DNA of 62,985 bases, counting the filler, from Collodictyon triciliatum (lineage: Eukaryota): NCBI GenBank assembly GCA_043381765.1. It is 6 parts of 6 records of this genome, joined end to end, with 100 filler letters (N's around TTAATTAATTAA, not from the genome) between each part and the next. Parts side by side here need not be neighbours in the genome. Positions count along the whole stretch, not along the records: positions 30,654 to 42,699 come from JBHJMP010002252.1; positions 42,800 to 54,834 come from JBHJMP010002253.1; 4 more parts are not named here. One strand, given 5' to 3'. Below the pieces are notes generated by a model. The model had not been told where the DNA came from and did no database searches. It worked only from the letters and a program-made list of their open reading frames with translations. Below, piece after piece: positions 30,654-48,763 of the stretch. Numbering within the stretch: position 1 is the first letter of the stretch; every line of letters starts with the position of its first letter. The translations under genes were made by a program, and so were the position numbers.

Positions 30654-31646
30654 TTGTTTTTTTGTTTTTTTGTTTTTTTGTTTTTTTGTTTTTTTGTTTT
30701 TTTGTTTTTTTGTTTTTTTGTTTTTTTGTTTTTTTGTTTTTTTGTTTTTTACTTATTGCAAGTGCACGATTTTGGCTCGATCGACGGTTATTTTGCTCTC
30801 AAAAGAGGAAAAACAGTGTTTAATTCTGGAAAATATTTATTATAACATACTATCACCAAAATTATAAGCACAAAACCACATAGATGAATCAAATATTCAA
30901 CATCTACAAATATGTAACGCGACAAATACAAAATTGTATCCGATTGCATGATGTCCATTTAAGATGAATCTAGATCATTTATTTCCGAACATGGCTTGGG
31001 AATCTTCTTTTTTTTTTCTTTTCCAATTCGTACTGCCTTCTCTCTTTGTTTGCTTCTTCTGCGAGCCCAGCGGATCCCACCCGCAAAGCCAGATTCGTCA
31101 TTTCGCTTTTATTGATGGAGCCTAATACGTCAAGCAGAGTGTGTTTTGTTTGCTGTGCGACACAAAGGACAAGATGCTTCTCAGAAACCGTAAGACTCAC
31201 AGTGGCAAAGACGCTTGTGCGATAGAAAACAGGCTGGCGTTTGTGACGATGGGGTATTAGCGCCGTGTCGACCCTCAAAGTAGTTGACTCCAACCGAGCC
31301 GTGTCACTCTTCAACTTTTTTTTTCTTTTTTTCTTTTTTTCTTTTTTCTTTTTTTCTTTTTTTCTTTTTTTCTTTCTTAAAATATGATTTTTGGCATTCG
31401 ATGCCATACGTCATTCCTCTTGATTGTGCATATAAATATCAGCTGACTTCAGGCTGAGAGGTTTTATTTTGGATTATTCAATCCCATTGAATTCGTCCAT
31501 GGATGTTTTCTTCCTTGCCTTTATTCTCTCCCGCTTTCTTCTTCTCTCTTCCACTTCCTTTTCTTTCTGGATCTAGAGGCCTCTACTTAAACATGAATTC
31601 CCCTGGATAATGTTCAATTTGCATATATGGGGTATTCTTGACTTAT

Positions 31647-34600
31647 ATGTCCATGGAGGGATTCTTCGTCGAAGAAGGGTTTAGTGGACTAGTTGAAGTT
31701 TGGGCTCCAATTCTCTTTACATCTTTTCTTTAATTCTTTTCTTTTCTTTAATTATATTCTATTTTATTCTAATACTTCTCTCACATTCTATTCTTCCTTG
31801 CGTATGAATCAAGCAAAAGACTTTCAAATGCTCCCTCACAGCAGACCGCACTCAAGTTCCGTAAGTTTTTCTACCTTTCTCGCGGGATTGCATGTTGATT
31901 CAAATGAAACATAGTTGTGGCCCTTATCATGACTCAACTTAAAATGAATAATTGTGACCATAACGACATGTAGATTAAGATGTATATCTTTTAAACCCTT
32001 TTTTTTATGTGTTTTATCTACATCTCTAACCCTTTTTTTTTTTTTTTTTTTTTTTTTTNNNNNNNNNNNNNNNNNNNNNNNNNNNNNNNNNNNNNNNNNN
32101 NNNNNNNNNNNNNNNNNNNNNNNNNNNNNNNNNNNNNNNNNNNNNNNNNNNNNNNNNNNNNNNNNNNNNNNNNNNNNNNNNNNNNNNNNNNNNNNNNNNN
32201 NNNNNNNNNNNNNNNNNNNNNNNNNNNNNNNNNNNNNNNNNNNNNNNNNNNNNNNNNNNNNNNNNNNNNNNNNNNNNNNNNNNNNNNNNNNNNNNNNNNN
32301 NNNNNNNNNNNNNNNNNNNNNNNNNNNNNNNNNNNNAGCTTCGGACAGCCAGCGCAGCAGGTATGTATCTATGAATGGAATATTGGTAGAGCCTTACATT
32401 CAGGTTATAAAATATGACTTTTGTAATACTTTTTATTTCTCAAGACAGCTTCTTCAATAATCACAATCTTGGCTTTTTTTCTCTCTCTATAAAATAATCA
32501 TATCAACTATTTTAATACTATTCTGTATGTACACATATGCTATCTCTGATAAAAAAAAAAGTGTTTTATTGGCTTAATCGACGAAATGAAACAAATAGAA
32601 TCCTCGCTTGGCTGTGACAAGTAGATCTATTTCCATGTCTATGTCTTCGTCTTACAAATCACATCAGGTGCAAACAACAAGCATCAACTCAACAACGCGA
32701 GTGATTACTCCGATTTATCCATCGGTAGCAAATACATCTTACTTTAGAAATCTTTCATGAATGTTATCATAAATGATAAACTGGCATATTATATGACGCT
32801 CTTATTTCTTCTAAAGTTTTAAGTGCACTAATACTTAAGTGTACTCGATTACAAGACACACAATGATTTTATGTCTCTTTTTAACACGTTTGTATCTGAG
32901 TAATTTTTTTTTATTGAAGCTAACTTGTATTATTTTACCCTATTCTAAAAATAAAAATAAAAACGCCTATTACACTTAGAGTCAACTGGGTGCGAGCAGA
33001 ACAATCCAAAATCTATCATTCTCTAGTTCTTCACCGAATGCCGTAGTACAAAGTACAGCAAAACCGCTTCCAACTATGAGCCAAAACCCATCGTTTCAGC
33101 AATTGCGCAGTGTAAATTCAAATTGACCATTACTATTATTGTATCGCCTTTGTATATAGGCATATATAATATCATAAAACAAAAAAATTAGTCAAACAAA
33201 GAGCAAACCAAAAAAAAAAAAAACAATATTTGTAACGTTTAGATGTATCTAACGAAATCCCACTCTATCATGTTCCTATCAGAACATGCGGAGATGAGGA
33301 ACAATCATAAATGCGAATTTAAAATGTCGCATGTTTGTCTAATATGTTGTTAACAATAGATTCATGCATCATCTTTTGTGAATGGACCACCGAATATTGC
33401 TGGCCACCTGTCGCAATCCCATCACATAATAAACAGTCCGCGCGCAGCATCTTCACGAGGATTGCCTACCAACGCTTACTCCACCCTCAGTCGACAAGCT
33501 TCGATTACTGCGTATCAGCTTCAATCATCATCACAAGGAACCAGACTTCTTAGCTCCCAAGGACAACGGAATCTCATCTCCGTTAATGACTCTGTACCTA
33601 CTCCTCGAGGAGCTATTAGCGTGCTCAAAACACCATGTATTACTATTACTATTATTATTACTATTACTATTACTATTACTATTACTATTACTATTACTAT
33701 TAGTGTTGCTATTGTGATTGTGATTGTGATTATACTGATATTCAATATCAGATTAAACCCAGAAATGAAAAATATTTATAAATAAGAGCGATTTATTTTT
33801 CCATAGTATAAAACACCTTCACCAATTCATATTTCAAATGTACCATAGCGTCCTCCTCAGATATGTCGAGTCCTAGGCACTTAAGTAGCCAAGAACCCAT
33901 CAAAGAAAAGTCATCACAACCTCTCCTGACAAAGAAGACAAGTTATGTTCGCGTATACATCGGAAGCCCAGAATCACACCAAGATTCAAGGAATTTACGT
34001 AATTCCCAGAAAGCACCTATATATTCGACGATTCCATCCCATACACCGAGCAACACTTTGCTTGGAACTCCTCGCAACATAGGTATCACAAAAGTTTACT
34101 CATCCGCGCCCATAAATTCTCCCAGAATCCCGGTTGTATCGAATATCAGTAACTAATTTAACTTTCACTCCACATCCAAATAATACTTTACTCATAATTG
34201 TTTTAAATATATGACAAAAAACAATTGAATTTATTTACAAATTAATTAATAAGACTTCTTCCTTTTTATTTGATACCTTTTTTTAAAACAAACAAACAAA
34301 CTATCTGCATATGTAGAAGCATACAATCAAATATCCGCAGGGGGAAATACGAAAAATACACACGGTCCTATGCATGTTATTTCTGTTGTATCTTCTCAAC
34401 CGGCACCCTTGACATCCTCATCCGAAATAGTGTCAATAGGATATGAGGAAGAAAAAGACTCTGCAAAAACTTACTTGTGCACACAATCCAGCATCACCAC
34501 ATTTGAGCATAGTGCAAAATTAGGTCTGACATGTTCTGATACTGCAGATGTCAACCCTATGGAGGCGCTTATGGATGACTCAGCCATCGAGATTAGCACC

Positions 34601-35896
34601 CCACATCCAGCTTTAGAGAAAAAGGATGAGTCAGTGTATGTTAGGGTAGAAAATAAAATCAGCGCAACAGAGGAATCAACCTCTGAGGAATCTGATTATT
34701 TTACAAATAATGGGAGCAACAGAGATAAACGAAATCAGGATGCAAAATTGCAAGCTTTTAACGCATTTGAACAAACATCTTTAAGCGCTGAAGACTCTGA
34801 AGATATGCCCCTTGTTACTGAAAGAAAACAACCTCATAATGCCGTGCCAGGTATGCTTGATGATGCTGAATAATAACGTAACATGATATAAACTGCATGA
34901 TCAAGACTAATTTTCTGCTGAAGGCAACGAGGATATATCTGCAACCACAGAAGAACAACAGAGTGCGGACGATTTGGAATCGTGTTCGACCTCCAAAGTC
35001 CTCGAATACGCTGGCTCGGTAAGGAAGAATATTTATTTTAGGTAAAATGAGAACTGGGAAATGTGAAGCAGAAAAAAATAAAGAGAAGAAAACAAAAACA
35101 AAGCATATAAAAACCATTCATAACAGCAAATATTATGCTAGGCAACCCTAGATGCCAATCCAAGGGGCGAGGAATCTGAGCAGGCAACCACACTTACAGC
35201 ATCCACAACATTAGTATCTTTCCATATCGGAGATTACCATGTGAAACAAACTATTGGGATTGGTGGATGTGCTATAGTCCAACTTGCACTTCATGAGCCT
35301 TCTGGTGTTCATGTTGCAATGAAGACGTTCGCCAAAACCAAGGAATACTCAGATGGGCGTCATGTTGCCTCATGGGACGAAATAAAACAGGAGATCAAAA
35401 TGCTGCAGTACTTGGAGCACCCAAATATCGTGCGAATGTATGAGGTACATAACCTACATATACATTTTCTTGCAATGCGTATATATTGCATGAAGAACCG
35501 ACTTAACTTCCTCATATGTATCTTGACCCCAAAAAACTGTCTGGAAAACACGCAACCATTTACAAATATCTTATATCCGTATCTCTTTTTTTATTTTTTA
35601 TTTTGACTGGCTCATCCACCCTCCATTTGGATAAAAAATTTACTCAAAAAATGAACACTAATACATAGTTAAGCCAGCATGAAGTATAAATAAATCACGA
35701 TGTCATGACTTTTTAGATTTTCCAAACGTCAGAGGAAATATATATGACACTTGACTATTGCCCATATGCCGATCTGTACAGCTATTCTGTTGCTCACGGA
35801 CTCCCAGTCGAATTCCAACTACGAAAGTGGTTTTGCCAAATGCTGTATGCAGTTGAATACTGTCATAGCATGCGAATCCTTCATCGCGATCTGAAG

Positions 35897-35993
<97 letters not shown>

Positions 35994-37572
35994 AATGATG
36001 AAGACACTCGAATACTATTAAATTTTATTTGCTATCACGGACGGGGTTGAATTGGTTTATATAGCTGAGTAAAAGTCACATTTTGACTGCAAGCATCACA
36101 AACTATCATTGATACAGGCAGAAAACTTCCTCTTGGATGAGTATTACAATATTAAACTCAGTGATTTCGGATTATCTATTCACATGGAAGAAGGTGCAAA
36201 AGTTGTCTCAAAATTCTTATCGCTGCCATACTGCTCACCAGAAATGCTCCATCACCGCGAGGTTACTTTGGCTATTTAGAGAAAAATCGGTTTTATGGAT
36301 ATCACTATTAATTCATGGCGTGATTATTCTTCTTTAGTTTGTATATACACTAATATGGGATTTAGTTTGGCTTTATTAGCGTCTAAACATCTCAATTTGA
36401 TTTGTATGGAAATCTCAATTTTGAGTATCAGTTGTATTTATTTATTTTATTTTATGTTGTCTTTATTCTTTTCTTTTAAAAAAAAATCAATAATTTAGTA
36501 CTCTGGGTTTGGTGCCGATATATGGTCTCTTGGGATTCTTCTCTATTTCCTCACCACCGGATACTTTCCATTTCGCAACACTGACGAGAGTAAGCTGTAT
36601 GATGATATAGACTCTGGTATTTTTACATGCCCTGAAGACTTCCCGCCAGGTTTGCATTGATACTTTTCTCTATACGAAGAGAAACGCTTTGTTTTCATTT
36701 TTCACTATTAGGAGTGGTATAACTAATATTATAAAACGATACTGTCAGAATTGGAAGACATGGTGAGGCAAATGCTACAAGTTGAAGTCTCTGCAAGGTG
36801 TTCAATAGCTGACATTCGCCGCCACCCCTGGATGACGGAGGGTATGAATGAAGGCTGATCATTTTAAGACTAATATAGAATCCTTAAATGTAAAATAGGT
36901 CTGATGAAAGATTATAGAACCTTTTGTTCGCCTTACTTCAGTCTTAAAAAAAAAAAAAAATACTTTAAGTGTTTCATGAATCATGGTATTTATCGCCAAC
37001 ACCGCAGTCGATTTAGAGCCTCCATTTAAGAGACAATCTTCTGTAAAAATTGATATCGAAGTCGCGCAAGAAATGGAAGACAGGGGTGTCAAGATCGATG
37101 ATTTGGTTTCCAATATTCGCGAGAAGGTATGGCTGAAGAGAATTGTGATTATCTATCATAAAAATCCATCCCGAATAATACCAAGCTATCTCTTCCACAA
37201 TGTTTTTTTTTCATTGGAAAATATGAAAGGAATGAAAGGAATGAGCGATTTCGACCTGTGTTATCACAAAGCTAATGCCACAAAATCGTCCACAGTCATT
37301 CAACCCCATCTATGCAACCTACTTCCTCAAAAAGAAGGCAAAGGACATCATAGCGGAGGTGGGTTACAAGCCCACGGAAAGTGACTAGGTGCATAGGTCG
37401 TCCGCCTGTTATACAATACATAAGCTTTTGGTGTTTATTTTATTTTATATCATTATCTTTTAATAATAATAATAATAATAATACAGCAAAGCCTCTAAAT
37501 AACCCGTCATTCACTATTGAGTTTGGCATCAGCATGAACGAGATTTTTATTAATTTTTCCCAGGTTTCTTAG
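31647..37572 (+). CDS. AMPK-related (MARK/SIK-like) Ser/Thr kinase with C-terminal kinase-UBA and long Ser-rich N-terminus; start uncertain
   Basis: Kinase exons 35142-36841: IGIGGCAIV, VAMK, LEHPNIVRMYE, ILHRDLK|AENFLLD, IKLSDFGLS, PYCSPE, ADIWSLGILLY, IRRHPW. UBA-like IDIEVAQEMEDRGV..FNPIYATYFL follows; stop TAG 37570-37572. Upstream low-complexity exons lie at ~32980-35018; an N gap at 32059-32337 obscures the 5' part. Confidence 0.8.
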
Positions 37573-38119
37573 CCTCAAAAAGGAATATCCGAAGTTATCC
37601 ATTCGATTACGCCTTCTGCCTCTATCCGTATGAGAGGATGAACGTTTTTTTTTTTTAACAAAACAAAAGCTACAAACGGAAACTTGAAAACCACAGAAAA
37701 ATTATATAAAAAATAGAGCCATTCCTCCTTGACATGAGCGATACTAATCCACACAAAAAGAGAAAATACCCTGTCTCGGAGGAGCCGCATAATAAAGAAT
37801 TTTTTTTTAAAAAAAAAAATATAGAAAACGAAAGGGAAACTTATTTATGTAGTCACATCTAAATTCGTTTTATTCAAGGAATGTTAGTTGACTTCACGGG
37901 TGAAAAACGACATGGAGAATATGATAGTTTTTTTCTTAATTCAACTTTAACAAAGCAGCCCCTAGTGAGCGCGTTTTTTTTTTCTCGAATAAAATTCTTC
38001 TTCTTTCGGAATCATACCAGGATTGAGTAGTTGGTCGGTAGATTGAGATGGACATAGTCATCCCAATTGTGTCATGTTCGCAGTCATCAATTTGCACTTT
38101 TGCAATCGCTATCGCAATC

Positions 38120-42357
<4,238 letters not shown>

Positions 42358-42507
42358 CTGAGTGTTTAATTGGTTTATTTGCCAAAGCAATCATAGTTTT
42401 TTAGTAATAGTATCGAGTAACGTTGTGCCAATAAGAGGAGACAGTTTGTAGTAGGAGATGATTATTACTATTACTATTACTGCTATTAGTACTGCTATTA
42501 GTATTGC

Positions 42508-42584
<77 letters not shown>

Positions 42585-42699
42585 GTATTATTATTATTAG
42601 TATTATTATTAGTATTATTATTATTAGTATTATTATTATTAGTATTATTATTATTAGTATTATTATTATTAGTATTATTATTATTAGTATTATTATTAT

Positions 42700-42799
42700 N
42701 NNNNNNNNNNNNNNNNNNNNNNNNNNNNNNNNNNNNNNNNNNNTTAATTAATTAANNNNNNNNNNNNNNNNNNNNNNNNNNNNNNNNNNNNNNNNNNNN
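42700..42799. other. Artificial scaffold spacer
   Basis: Same linker at 42744-42755. Confidence 0.97.
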
Positions 42800-43082
42800 C
42801 TATTATTATTGTTACTATTATTATTGTTACTATTATTATTGTTACTATTATTATTGTTACTATTATTATTGTTACTATTATTATTGTTACTATTATTATT
42901 GAACATTTGTTGTGATTATTTCTGCTTGTTGTGCATGTCAAGAGATAAAGGAGTCGATATATTCAGCAAAATATCAATATTGTTGTGGTTCCCATGATTT
43001 TTTTTTATCAAAATGGAGAGAAAAAAAACTATACTCGTATCGCACACGGATAAGAGAGGGCAACCAGTATTCAAAAAGTTAC

Positions 43083-46000
43083 CTGGATGATGACATAAAG
43101 CAAAAAGAAGAGCAGAGTTGGTTGTGAGTAAGGAACGACCGTTATCACTAAACTGAAGAATAATCGCCTCAGAAGTACGACACACTCCCACTGGTAGCAT
43201 TCCTTTTGGTACGAAAGAAAAAAGGAATAAGAAAATAAAAAGAGCTATCATGTGGTTTAATATAAATGAGTATCATTTTGCGATACACAGAAACCCGACT
43301 TTACCTTCCTGTAGGGCAAATACAGAAACCCATAGCTATCCTCTACATCTTCATCGCCAAACTTTTCAAAAAGCTTTTGAAGATGAAAATAAGTCCATAG
43401 TGGAAGACCGATTACAAATGCAATCAAAAACAAGACTGCTATTGTGAGGATGTGATCAAATTCTGGTGTGGAAGGCCGGCATTGGATCCAGGGATACATG
43501 TTCAGATACCAGTTCCCAGTTCCTGGGTCATGAAGGGTACATCCGATGGCACCGAAGGCCACTCGGCTGATTCCATAATATATTGCGTAGATGCAGAATG
43601 CAGAAACAAAAACTACCTATTGATGTTTTTTTTTAAAAAAAAAAAAGGAATAAAAATCATGCACCAGAAAATATAAGCATTCAACATATGATGAGCTCAT
43701 TTTGTTTATTTTTCAAGCATCATGTCCTTCATACTTTGTTTTTGTTTTTCCCTGGGACACCCCTCCAGAACAATATGGCAGTGGCCAATATGCACGGAAA
43801 TCGAAGCAGATAAATTAATATAGTAGTTTCTGTGGAGATGTCTCCTACGATACAATTCTACAAGAAACGGAGAGTAAGATAGATGGGACAACTATGGAGC
43901 AATTTATGACGGTTGTAATGCCTACTTATTGAACTATTTAATATAAAAGCAAGAGATAACGAAACAAACCAATGCAGGAAGCATAAAGCTGGACGAAACG
44001 AAGGCAGTGTCAACGAAGGAATTCATTCCGCTGCCCAAATCAAGAATGGTTGATGATAGAATGGAAAGGGTCTGCATGTGAAAAAGGAATATCTTGATAA
44101 CCCCTGCGTGAAGAAACAATAAAGATTAGATATCATATCAATAGTGAAAGAGATAATGAAAAGAGAAAGAGGAATAGGTTGTGATATCATTTTCGAAACA
44201 AAAGTGTGGCTATCTGAGTGAAGTAATTACCGGTATTTTTTGGTGGTGTTGTTATCAAGTACCATAGCAATAAGATCATTCCAAGTGGAAACAGAGTCAG
44301 AACTACAGCTGTAGCGTAATATGGGCATTCGGCACACTTTCTACCTTGTTGTTGATATCCTGACTCACAGCGCGAGCACAACCGGTCCTTAAATAAACAA
44401 AAATTGTAAGTTGGACTCCCTTTTATAAACTAGCCACGTTTCAAAGGTAAATCATTATGCCGCACAGCTTTAGCAAAAAAGTGAAACAAATGGATGGCGA
44501 ATGAATGAGCATTAAATATGATAATACTAAAAAAAAAAAAAAAAAAAANNNNNNNNNNNNNNNNNNNNNNNNNNNNNNNNNNNNNNNNNNAAAAAAAAAA
44601 AGATTGTTAAATCTGAGAAAACCCATGAACAGTTGGGCAGCATACTTACTGAATGGCCACTCTTGCAAGCAAATACTTCTCTATTGTTGGGGTTACATGC
44701 TGTTTTGTACGGACAAACTAACAACTCAACAGTTTTAATGGCGTTGTTTGAAGCGAAACATCCTTTCAAATGGGTACTGCCGGAGCATTCGCATGGATTA
44801 TCACAATGTATGCATTGGCTTCCGACTCCAAAGTAATTCGGTAGACACTGACAAAAAGTATCGTTATAGTAAGAAGAGTCCATGTAAACAACAAGGTTTG
44901 GATTTTCAAGGCCGACCACCAATGGGCAGTAATAATTGTCATCTTCTTTACTTTTTTCAAATGTATTTGATGCTCCCAAGAAAGATGGAACTGGGTACTC
45001 TTTCTTGTTCGACTTAAGAAAGGTGCTACTAACGTCCAAGACTCCAAGGTTTGAAAATAAAGAATAAGTTTCTGGTACGATTCCTTTGATTGGATTTCCG
45101 GAAACATTTAATCTCTCCCACCCCGAAAAAATTGGCAAGTCATCTAGAGATGTTAGCCTGTTGTTGGCCAGGTTAATTTCTCTTGCTTGGAAAAAGAAAT
45201 AGGGGATGTAATAGTTCAACGAGCCAAATAGTTTGTTATCTTGTAAATGGAGAAAATACAAGTTAGATATGGCTTCTTCCTGGGCCACTGGTATGAGAAA
45301 TGACACAATATCCTCTTCAATATGGTTATTACTTAGGTCTAGATTGATAAAATTGGGTAATTGCAGAAAGAATGGCGGTGTTTTTCCTCGAATTTTGTTA
45401 TTTTTGGCAACAAATTCGAGCAAATTAGATAAAGTCGAGGCGCTTTGTGGAATATTTCCTTCAATTTCATTGTTTTCAATAATGAAGCTTTCAAGTGAGG
45501 CCATCCCCAAGAAGGAGGGGAGATATCCGGTCAATTGGTTGAATCCAATGTCGACGTAATAAAGCTCGGGAAGAACCCAGTTCGGTATGCTTCCTGTGAG
45601 TTTATTACGAAAGACAGAAATTTTTCCCAGTTTTAAGGATTTCGAAAAATCAGGTAGCGACCCCTCCAGAGCTGTTTGTTGTATTTCCAAGGCTGCAAGG
45701 CTTGGCAAGTTACTAAAATTTGGAACCGTACCATAAACAGCTGTTTGATACAAACTCAATACCTCCAGCTTGGGGATGTTTTTAAAGTCTGGTATTTGTC
45801 CTGAAAGCTTCGTCTGGAAAGCCCGGAATGAACGGAGATTGCTTAGATTGGTAAAATCCGGTATTGTGCCCGAGATGTTGCATGATACAACATACAAGCT
45901 ACTTAAATTTGGAAGGTTCTTGAAATTCGGTATAGTTCCAAAGACTGCCAAGTCAGCAAAGTACAGGTGATTCAAAGTTGGTATATTACTGAAGTCTGGT

Positions 46001-48403
46001 ATTGTTCCTCCTAATCCACAATAGACAAAATAAAGTTGGCGAATATTAGGCATGTATGTGAAGTCGGGTATGGTACCGACTAGATTGTTTCGCACAACAT
46101 AGAGCATTTGAAGGGACGGAAGTTGGAAGTCCGGAAGGGTGCCATGTAGGCTCGTCTCGTAGATGAGAAGTGTTTCAAGCAGCATAAGATTGAAGTTTGG
46201 AATTGTTCCAGAGATAGGATTCTGCTGCAGTAAAAGCATGGTAAGTAAAGGTGTGTTGTTGAAGTCTGGTAGAGTCCCAGATATCGTGTTCGCACTAATA
46301 TCGAACAAAGATAGATAAGGTGTCATACTGAAGTGTGGTATTGTCCCATTCAAGCGATTGCTAGCTAACCTTAGGTAGCGTAAATTCGGGCTATTGGCGA
46401 AGTTGGATATCGTTCCCCATAATGAATTGTATGGAGCAAGAAAAACAGACAACGAAGGACCTCCAAGTGGGTTAGGAATCGAATCCGACAACATGTTATT
46501 ACCAATATCGACCACTTGGAGTAAAGGGAGGTCGGTAAATTTAGGAAGCATCCCAGAAAGTTCATTGTCTGATAGGGAGAGTATCTCAATAAGTGGATAT
46601 TGATCTATGGGTGGTATTGTCCCTGTAAGTCGGTTGCTTCCGAGAGAAAATGTGACCAAGTTGGGCAGGATGAACTTTGGAATATCACCAATCAACTGAT
46701 TTCCGGATAGCGAAATGGTATTCAGCATGGGAGTGGATGTGAAGTTTGATAAAGTGCCGTATAAGCGATTATCATGCAGCGCAATAATGGCTAGGGCTGG
46801 ACTATTGAACTGCGGCAGATTACCGATCAATCTGTTATGAAAAGCGGAAAGTGTCCCAAAATAGGGCAGATTGTAATCTGGGACTGTACCATCAATTGTG
46901 TTGTTTTGAACAGAAAGAATAGCCAATAACGGACAACCTGCGAGAGTGGGTAAGGTTCCACTCAGCAGGTTGAGATGGACAGCAAGAACATTGAGTGTAG
47001 GAACACTGTAATCTGGTATCGGTCCTTCAAAAGTGTTCTCAGAAGCACTGAATACATTCAAATTTTGAGACCCATCAAAGGCCGGCAGAGAGCCACTAAG
47101 CCTGTTCTGGTGAATTACAAATTGTTTCAAAAGCGGTAGTCGTATCTCTGGGAGGATGCCAGATAAGTCATTTCCATTTAATACTACCGCTTGAAGCATT
47201 GTGTGATCGAAGGACGATATTGTGCCATAGAGCGCATTGTCGTTGAGAACCAGATATGACAGGTACGGAATTTGTTTCAAATAAGGCTCAATTGAAGCGT
47301 AAGACCCCATCAAGGAGTTTTTTCCTAGATTCAGGGCGACAACCATGCAATAGCCCATCTAATTGAAGAAAATTAGTTACTATGGCTAAATAATTTGATT
47401 TTTTTTCCCCTTTCGATTCAAATATATCGTTTGGATTTGATAGGCATGTAGCGTTAAAGAAAATGAATATGTTTATAGAAAATATATGAGATCAAAAGAA
47501 AAGGAAGAGACAAGAAAGTGGGTAAAATAAAAAAGGATGAGTTTTACACATAGCAAATAACTGACTTGGCAATATCCAGGTCCACAAGGTGCGCAGACGA
47601 CGCCATACCATTCGCAATAACATATTGTTTCATTTCCCCAGTTTGTATTATCCTTCCAATTAGGTCCGTCAGTTTTGTTGTAAATTTCCATCAGCACCAA
47701 GGCAGGGTTTGACAGCTTTCTTCCTGTGATCGACACTACGTTCGGTTCTGTAATGTCTTGTTTTGAGAATGCATTTTGCTCATCTATTCTCTGTCTGAGA
47801 CTCCTGTCATAGAAATCGTCAATATCACTTGATTTTGTCTGTCTCCAGCTGTAGTCTGCATGCGAATCTGGTAAAATTCGACGCGAAACATCAGTTGCTG
47901 TCCTATCAGAATACGGTTGACGCAGACGAAGAAGTAGGCGATGAGAGTCTTCATGGCTCAATGCGATAATATCGCTTGCGCTCATTTTACAGAAGGCAAC
48001 AACATCTTCATATATGAACCCATTCCTTTGGTGATATGATCAGAAATATGATGGTATTTATATAAAAAAAAGTATTCACCAAATAGTACATTGGAAAAAA
48101 ATGTCTGCGATAGAGAAAAAGGATTCTAAGGTATAAAAAAAAAATGTATTATCTAAGAAAGTGTAAGAAGTTTTGACAATCTTTTTGGAAATGTAAGAAA
48201 GTGTAGAGCGATGGCCAACTATAATGAAACTAAACGATCGAGACATACTGGAGGAATGCACAGTAAGAGTTTAGCACGATAGAAACATCTGCATTAGCGC
48301 ACATCGGACCAGCACACAACATTATGATAAGGTAAAGTAGGCTAGTTTTCCATGTCAGCAAACAGATAACAGACATTCGGCTCCGACTATCAGTCGTCTC
48401 CAT
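43083..48403 (-). CDS. Large cell-surface LRR receptor: signal peptide, LRRNT cap, ~30 plant-type LRRs, Cys-rich stalk, multi-pass TM domain (3' truncated)
   Basis: First exon METTDSRSRMSVICLLTWKTSLLYLIIMLCAGPMCANAD. Cap LMEIYNKTDGPNW..NW..CEWYGVVC. One ~2.7-kb exon of LxGxIPxFxxxPxLxxLxLxxN repeats. Cys-rich CQCLPNYFG..CSRCESGY..CAECP. TM exons include GVIKIFLFHMQ, YGFLYLPYRK and WECVVLLRR. Confidence 0.85.
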
Positions 48404-48461
48404 GTAACCTGGCCCTACAAGACAAAGGCAGTAGCTCTGAAAAAAAGAATTTTATTGGCCT

Positions 48462-48517
48462 CTTTTTGTTTTTGTTTTTGTTTTTGTTTTTGTTTTTGTT
48501 TTTTCTTTTTCTTTTTC

Positions 48518-48548
<31 letters not shown>

Positions 48549-48763
48549 CTTTTCTTTTCTTTTCTTTTTTCTTTTTTCTTTTTTCTTTTCTTTTTTCTTT
48601 TTTCTTTTTTCTTTTTCTTTTTTCTTTTTTCTTTTTTCTTTTTTCTTTTTTCTTTTTTCTTTTTTCTTTTTTCTTTTTTCTTTTTCTTTTTCTTTTCTTT
48701 TCTTTTCTTTTCTTTTCTTTTCTTTTCTTTTCTTTTCTTTTCTTTTCTTTTCTTTTCTTTTTT
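48462..48763. repeat. Compound T-rich (TTTTTG)n/(TTTTC)n tract
   Basis: Directly visible; lies upstream of the LRR receptor start, probably in a 5'-UTR intron. Confidence 0.9.

Noticed and set aside
29226-37572. Joining the multi-TM fragment to the downstream kinase as one receptor kinase
   Set aside because: They are separated by an artificial spacer and lie on different scaffolds.
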